Shown piece after piece: positions 16,601-21,395 of a DNA stretch of 21,395 bases. Each line of letters begins with the position of its first letter. Within the stretch, counting starts at the first letter, position 1. Both the position numbers and the translations under genes were made by a program. The notes beneath the pieces were generated by a model. The model did no database searches, was not told where the DNA came from, and saw nothing but the letters and a program-made list of their open reading frames with translations. The DNA is from Planctomycetota bacterium (GTDB lineage: Bacteria > Planctomycetota > UBA8108 > UBA1146): assembly GCA_032128395.1 (NCBI GenBank), contig JAQBGV010000146.1, positions 1 to 21,395 on the forward strand, read 5' to 3'.

Positions 16601-17212
16601 ATGTCATCGAGCGACATCACGACCGACCTCCTCGCCCGCCTCGAGAATTACCTCACCGTCACCCGCGAAGCCCTCACGACGATCGAACTCCCGCTGGTCG
16701 CTCGCGTCGTGACGATGATCGAGGAGGCGTACCGCGACGATCGCCGCGTCCTGGTCTTCGGCAACGGGGGGAGTGCGACGACCGCATCCCACCTCGCGGA
16801 GGACCTCGCGACCTACGCGATCCCCTTCACGGAGTCGCGGCGATTGCAGGTGCTCTCCCTCTCCGACAGTCCTTCGGTGATCACCGCTCTCGCGAATGAC
16901 CTCTCCTTCGAAGAAGTGTTCGCGGAACAGATCCAGCAATGGGCGCGTCCGGCGGATCTGGTGATCGCGATGAGTGGCTCCGGGAACTCTCCGAACATCA
17001 TCGCAGGGATCGAGCGGGCCCGCAGGATCGGCTGCCCGACGGTGGGGATGACCGGTTTCGACGGTGGCCGTCTGCGCGAATTGGTCGACGTGGCGCTCCA
17101 CGTCGACGTCGGCACGATGCAGAACGCCCAGGATGGTCACATGGTGATCGTGCACCTGATCATCGATGGCTTCCGACACCGAGTTCGTGCTGCGCTCGGT
17201 GAGAGCGGGTGA
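16601..17212 (+). CDS. gmhA: D-sedoheptulose-7-phosphate isomerase (SIS-domain phosphoheptose isomerase)
   Basis: ATG at 16601 preceded by GGGAGGAGGA. SIS-domain motifs VFGNGGSATTASHLAEDL and MSGSGNSPNI; about 200 aa, typical of GmhA. Confidence 0.8.
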   Translation: MSSSDITTDLLARLENYLTVTREALTTIELPLVARVVTMIEEAYRDDRRVLVFGNGGSATTASHLAEDLATYAIPFTESRRLQVLSLSDSPSVITALANDLSFEEVFAEQIQQWARPADLVIAMSGSGNSPNIIAGIERARRIGCPTVGMTGFDGGRLRELVDVALHVDVGTMQNAQDGHMVIVHLIIDGFRHRVRAALGESG

Positions 17213-17781
17213 CCTCGAGGGGCGTGTTCCTCGACCGGGACGGGGTGATCAACCGCTACCTTATCGACTACGTCAGAACCCTGGCCGACTTCGAGTACGA
17301 GTCCGGCGCCGCGGAGGCGTTTCGGATCCTGGGTGAGATCGGGCTCCCGATCGTGGTCGTCACGAATCAGTCGGGGATCGGGCGGGGGTACACGACGGCT
17401 GCCGCGGTCGAGGCGATCCACGCGCGACTGTCGACGGACGCCGCGCGCTGGGGAGGACCGATCTCGTCGATCGAGATTTGCCCCCACACCCCGGATGATC
17501 GCTGTGCCTGCCGGAAGCCCGAGTCCGAGCTCTTCCGGCGCGCCTCGGCTCGGTTCGGCTTCGACCTCGAGGGCTCGTTCATGATCGGGGATGCTCCGAG
17601 CGATATCGAGGCGGCGCAGCGACTCGCCATTCGAGCGGTGCGTGTCGGCACCGGTCGGGGGGGCGAGCCCTTGCCGATCGGAATCGCGGCGGAAACGACG
17701 GTCGGGGAGATCGAGGAGGCCGCGCGATGGATCGCCACTCAACACCGAGCGACCCACCCAGAAGAAGGATCTGAGCGATGA
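17209..17781 (+). CDS. gmhB: D-glycero-D-manno-heptose-1,7-bisphosphate phosphatase (HAD-IIIA)
   Basis: GTG start overlaps the gmhA stop (GTGA). HAD motif I FLDRDGVIN. Zinc-binding CPH...CxCRKP insertion typical of GmhB. HAD motifs III/IV (GDAPSD). Confidence 0.8.
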   Translation: MTSRGVFLDRDGVINRYLIDYVRTLADFEYESGAAEAFRILGEIGLPIVVVTNQSGIGRGYTTAAAVEAIHARLSTDAARWGGPISSIEICPHTPDDRCACRKPESELFRRASARFGFDLEGSFMIGDAPSDIEAAQRLAIRAVRVGTGRGGEPLPIGIAAETTVGEIEEAARWIATQHRATHPEEGSER

Positions 17782-20010
17782 ACGAACTCCGAGGTTGCTT
17801 CTCCAGCGGACTCGCCCTCGGTGTCGCGCTGCTCTCGGGGTGCGCTGGGAGCTCGACGCGGGTCGTCGACGAAGGTCGCGCTTCCTCGTGGGACCCGACC
17901 CCACCGCCTCTCGCCGCAGTGACGCGGGTCTTCGAGGGGCGCGAGCGGTGAGGAGATCGACCTCCTCGCGCTCATCCGGGCACTCTCTTCGGCGGACGTC
18001 GTTTTCCTCGGCGAGACGCACCTCGATGACGTGACCCACCGCACGGAGCACGCGATCCTCGAGGGATTGATCGATGCCAAGCGAGGACGGGTGGTCCTCG
18101 CGATGGAGATGTTCACGAGGGATGACCAACCCGCTCTCGATCGCTATCTCGCGGGACAGATCGACGAAGCCACGTTCCTCGCGGAGGCGCAAGAATGGGC
18201 GAACTACCACACGGGCTACCGGCCGCTCATCGAGTCGTCGCGCCGAGCGGGGGTTCCGGTCGTCGGCTCGAACCTCTCATCCGCCCTCCGGCGGAAACTC
18301 GCCTTCGGCGGGAGCGAGGCCTTCGCGGCGCTCACCGACCTGGAGCGGCAGGGGGCTGCGGCGGAGCTCTTCCCCAACTCACCCGACTACTGGGAGCGTT
18401 TCGACCGCACGCTGCGGGGGCACATGGGAGGACCGGGTGCGACCGACCCCGAGGCGCGGCTCTACTCGATCCAGAGCCTTTGGGACAACACCATGGGAGA
18501 GTCGTGCGCGCGTGCCCTCGCGGCGCATCCGGGCCACCTCGTCGTGCACGTCAACGGTGGCTTCCACTCCTGGCGCGGTCTCGGGACCGCCGAGCAGCTC
18601 CGTCTCCGAGCCCCGGACGCGCACGTGGCCACGGTACAGATCGTGCCGGTCGGTGATCTACCGGCGGTCGACCCGGAGTCGGGAGAGGAGAGCGCGGACT
18701 TCGTCGTCTACGCCGAGACCAGGGCGCGGGGGCTCTCCGAAGGAACCCATGCGGTCATCGTCGGCCGTGAACTCCGCTACCGCCTCCACGTTCCCGACGG
18801 AAAAGGACCGTGGCCGCTCTTGATCTGGTGTCCGGATGAGGGAGCGGGGGCTCCCGACGAAGCGAAGCGATGGGAACTTCTCATCGGGGACGACGCCGCC
18901 ATCGCTGTGGTCGAGCATCCCTACCCGGTCATCGAGGAGGACCTCCACGCGAGCGGCCGTTTCAGCTGGGACGAGACCTTCTTCGAGGACCTCGGAGCGA
19001 TCGGTTCGGGGCTCGCCCGAGTGCGCGATGCGATCACCAGGGCGCACCCGATCGATCGAGGTCGCGTGCTCTACGCTGGCATCGGGGCGGGGGGGCGAGT
19101 CGTGGCCACTGCGCGGTGGCAGGATCGTGATGGTCCGGCGGCACTCGCGATCGCACCGGGTCCACTCGGTCGTCTGATCGAGGGCGGACTCTCCGATCCG
19201 GAGGAGCTCCGCGGCGGGGAACTCCGGGTGCTCGCGACGTCTGCGAACCTGGAGAGTTGGGAATCGGAGATCGCTGATCGGATCGAAGTCGGGTTCCCCG
19301 GCCGCGTCGTCGAACTCGCGGCGGGGGGGGACGGAGTCGACGCGGTGCGAACCGCTCTCGGACTCGTATCGCCCGAGGCACTAGAGGACCCCAAGATTCT
19401 TTGGATCGCGCACGGTTCGCCTCTGGCGCGGCAGTGGGCGGCGCTCGCTGCAGCGCAGCTCGGGGGGAGCTGGCGAGTCGACGTGCTGTCGGTGGGCGGG
19501 GTGGATCTCACAGACGGTCTCGGCGCCGGCTCGATCTGCCTCGAGACGGATCTCGCCGCCGAGAGTCTCGCCGACGCGGACCTCGTGTTGCTGCTGCGGC
19601 CGATCTTCTCCGCGCAAGACCTCGCCTCCGGCGTGGGGATCCCGCTCCCGTCCGGCCCCTTCGGGGGAACGGTGGTGCTCGTCCTACCGCCCGGTCGTTC
19701 CGAAGACCGCAGCGCCGCTTGGCACCGTCTCGAGGAAGAGGATGTCACCCGCAAGAGGAGCCGCTTCGTCGGGCTCCGCGTCGCCGAGACCGGAACCGTG
19801 CGCGATCTTCCTGCGGTCCTCGATGAACTGCGTGCGGAGGGGAAGAGCGTGGTCCGGATCGCGCCCGTCAGGTTCTGTGCAACGGCGGAGGAGATGCGAA
19901 CGTTGCGCGCGAGCACCGTGGGGCACGACGAGGGGTTGAGGATCTCGTGGACGCCGGGGTTGGGCGGGGAGATCTGGCGGGTGCTCGGGGAGAGTGCCGG
20001 GGTTCGCTAA
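17778..20010 (+). pseudogene. Large lipoprotein with N-terminal ChaN/TIKI-superfamily (Cofac_haem_bdg-like) domain and a C-terminal extension of about 440 aa. The signal peptide and the body are in different frames (frameshift at the G4 run 17936-17939).
   Basis: ATG at 17778 overlaps the gmhB stop (ATGA) and encodes a lipoprotein signal with lipobox LSGC (MNELRGCFSSGLALGVALLSGCAGSS...), terminating at 17951. The ChaN-like domain (EEIDLLALIRALSSADVVFLGETHLDD...HVNGGFHSWRG) is open from 17923 in the other frame with no start codon before the GTG at 18031. The total of 2233 nt is not a multiple of 3. Removing one G at 17936-17939 fuses the two. Confidence 0.65.
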
Positions 20011-21359
20011 ACGCACCCGTAGGCGATCATCGCATCCGCCACCTTGATGAACCCCGCGATGTTCGCGCCGCGCACATAGTGGATCGTGCTCTCCCCCTGG
20101 GTCGATCCCCAGGTGACACATTGCAGGTGGATCTTGCGCATGATGTCGCGGAGGCGCGCGTCGACTTCTTCGCGTGTCCAGCTCAACCGCAGCGCGTTCT
20201 GGCTCTGCTCGAGACCGGAGACTGCGACTCCGCCGGCGTTGGCCGCCTTCGAGGGAGCGTAGAGGATCCCGGCCGTAAGGAAAGCGTGCGCTCCGGGGAG
20301 CTCGGTCGGCATGTTCGCCCCTTCGCACACCAACTGGATCCCGTTGCCGAGCAGGACCCGAGCATCGTGCTCCGAGATCTCGTTCTGGGTGGCGCACGGG
20401 AACGCGACATCCGCGGGAACTCCCCAGGGGCGGAGATCCCCGTGGAACTCGCATCCGAACTTCTCGGCATACTCGGAGATGCGGCCGCGCCTCACCTCCT
20501 TCAGGTCCTTCAGCCAGGCGAGCTTCTCTTCGTTGATCCCATCCGGGTCGTGGATGAACCCGCTCGAGTCGCTCGCGGTCAGCACCTTGGCGCCGAGTGC
20601 GATCGCCTTCTCGATGGTGTAGATCGCCACGTTCCCCGAGCCGGAGACGAGGCAGGTCTTGCCCTCGAGGGAGTCCCCTCGGTGGTTCAGCATCTCCTGC
20701 GCGAAGTACACGCAGCCGTAGCCGGTCGCCTCGGTCCGCACCAAGCTGCCGCCGAAGGCGAGCCCCTTGCCGGTGATGAACCCCGTGAACCGGTTGTGAA
20801 TCTGCTTGTACTTGCCGAAGAGGTAGCTGATCTCGCGAGACCCGACGCCGATGTCCCCGGCCGGGATGTCGGTGTGTTCGCCGATGTGACGAGAGAGCTC
20901 GATCATCATCGACTGGCAGAACCTCATCACCTCGCGATCGGATTTTCCCTTCGGATTGAAGTTGGATCCCCCCTTCGCTCCTCCCATCGGAAGCGTGGTG
21001 AGGCTGTTCTTGAAGGTCTGCTCGAAGCCGAGGAACTTCAAAATGCTGAGGGTCACGGAGGGATGAAAACGGAGTCCACCCTTGTAGGGGCCGATCGAGT
21101 TGTTGAACTGAACCCGCCAGGCGCGGTTGGTCCGGATGTTCCCCAGGTCGTCCTCCCAGCAGACTCGGAAGATGATGATCCGGTCCGGCTCGGTCATCCG
21201 ATCGAGGATACTCTCTTCGCGGTACTGAGGATGTTCATCCATGAACGGGAGGATCGTCTCTGCGAACTCGCGGACCGCTTGGAGAAACTCGGGCTCCCCG
21301 GGGTTTCGCCGTTCGACTCCGGACATGAAGTCTTCGAGCTGCTGGCGCGGATCGGGCAT
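20007..21359 (-). CDS. gdhA: NADP-specific glutamate dehydrogenase
   Basis: 450 aa with the Glu/Leu/Phe/Val dehydrogenase signature GGAKGG and an NAD(P)-binding GSGNVA motif. ATG at 21359 preceded by GAGGAGG. Its stop overlaps the stop of the convergent ChaN-like gene. Confidence 0.9.
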   Translation of the reverse strand: MPDPRQQLEDFMSGVERRNPGEPEFLQAVREFAETILPFMDEHPQYREESILDRMTEPDRIIIFRVCWEDDLGNIRTNRAWRVQFNNSIGPYKGGLRFHPSVTLSILKFLGFEQTFKNSLTTLPMGGAKGGSNFNPKGKSDREVMRFCQSMMIELSRHIGEHTDIPAGDIGVGSREISYLFGKYKQIHNRFTGFITGKGLAFGGSLVRTEATGYGCVYFAQEMLNHRGDSLEGKTCLVSGSGNVAIYTIEKAIALGAKVLTASDSSGFIHDPDGINEEKLAWLKDLKEVRRGRISEYAEKFGCEFHGDLRPWGVPADVAFPCATQNEISEHDARVLLGNGIQLVCEGANMPTELPGAHAFLTAGILYAPSKAANAGGVAVSGLEQSQNALRLSWTREEVDARLRDIMRKIHLQCVTWGSTQGESTIHYVRGANIAGFIKVADAMIAYGCV

Positions 21360-21395
21360 GGGGGCAGACCTCCTCAGGTGCGACTGGAGCCACGC

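Noticed and set aside
17137-18210. 357-aa minus ORF spanning gmhB and the ChaN-like 5' end
   Set aside because: Antisense to two well-supported, translationally coupled genes.
19071-19916. 281-aa minus ORF inside the ChaN-like gene
   Set aside because: Ser/Arg/Pro-rich antisense ORF.
1-21395. CRISPR arrays, tRNA genes, transposases/integrases, prophage or defence-system genes
   Set aside because: Scanned for spaced direct repeats, T-loop-like GGTTCGANTCC motifs and DDE/tyrosine-recombinase-like translations. None found. The only repeats are short tandem or inverted repeats described above.

Overview
High-GC (about 68-70% by eye) bacterial chromosomal segment, densely packed with genes of central and envelope metabolism. 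It does not look like a mobile or defence island. No tRNA or rRNA genes, CRISPR arrays, transposase or integrase genes were found. The many long ORFs antisense to real genes are the usual high-GC artefacts (Arg/Pro/Gly-rich, no recognisable domains).

Gene content, start to end:
- 3' end of an outer-membrane beta-barrel gene (C-terminal Phe).
- A hypothetical protein carrying a 5 x 15-bp in-frame tandem repeat (SEIGK pentapeptide).
- The glycolate oxidase operon glcD-glcE-glcF (minus strand, ATGA start/stop overlaps).
- An SPFH/Band-7-like protein with a C-terminal DUF4339-like domain.
- An ICMT/PEMT-family membrane methyltransferase with a long C-terminal extension.
- A MATE efflux transporter.
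- A secreted M14 zinc carboxypeptidase with a C-terminal class-I glutamine-amidotransferase-like domain.
- A stand-alone XRE-type HTH protein.
- A pgi-aminotransferase operon (GTGA overlap).
- A 500-bp GC-poor intergenic island.
- A xylose-isomerase-like TIM-barrel gene interrupted by a +1 frameshift in a C5 run.
- A gmhA-gmhB-(ChaN/TIKI-like lipoprotein) operon coupled by GTGA and ATGA overlaps.
- NADP-glutamate dehydrogenase gdhA.

The most interesting signals:
(i) The GC-poor island holds a near-consensus sigma70 promoter with UP element (TTGACA-N16-TACAAT, plus strand). It drives an orphan non-coding transcript of roughly 200 nt whose 5' and 3' ends can pair, ending in a U-rich tail. This is a candidate structured sRNA (6S-like or novel).
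(ii) Two genes are broken by single-base frameshifts, both inside G/C homopolymers. The ChaN-like gene's lipoprotein signal peptide is separated from its ChaN domain by a G4 run. Either these are homopolymer sequencing errors or real pseudogenes.
(iii) The unusual gmhA-gmhB-ChaN/TIKI-lipoprotein operon has no heptose kinase or nucleotidyltransferase in the window.
(iv) Short repeat structures sit in regulatory regions: an in-frame VNTR, direct repeats upstream of the aminotransferase, and an inverted repeat in the MATE/M14 divergent region.
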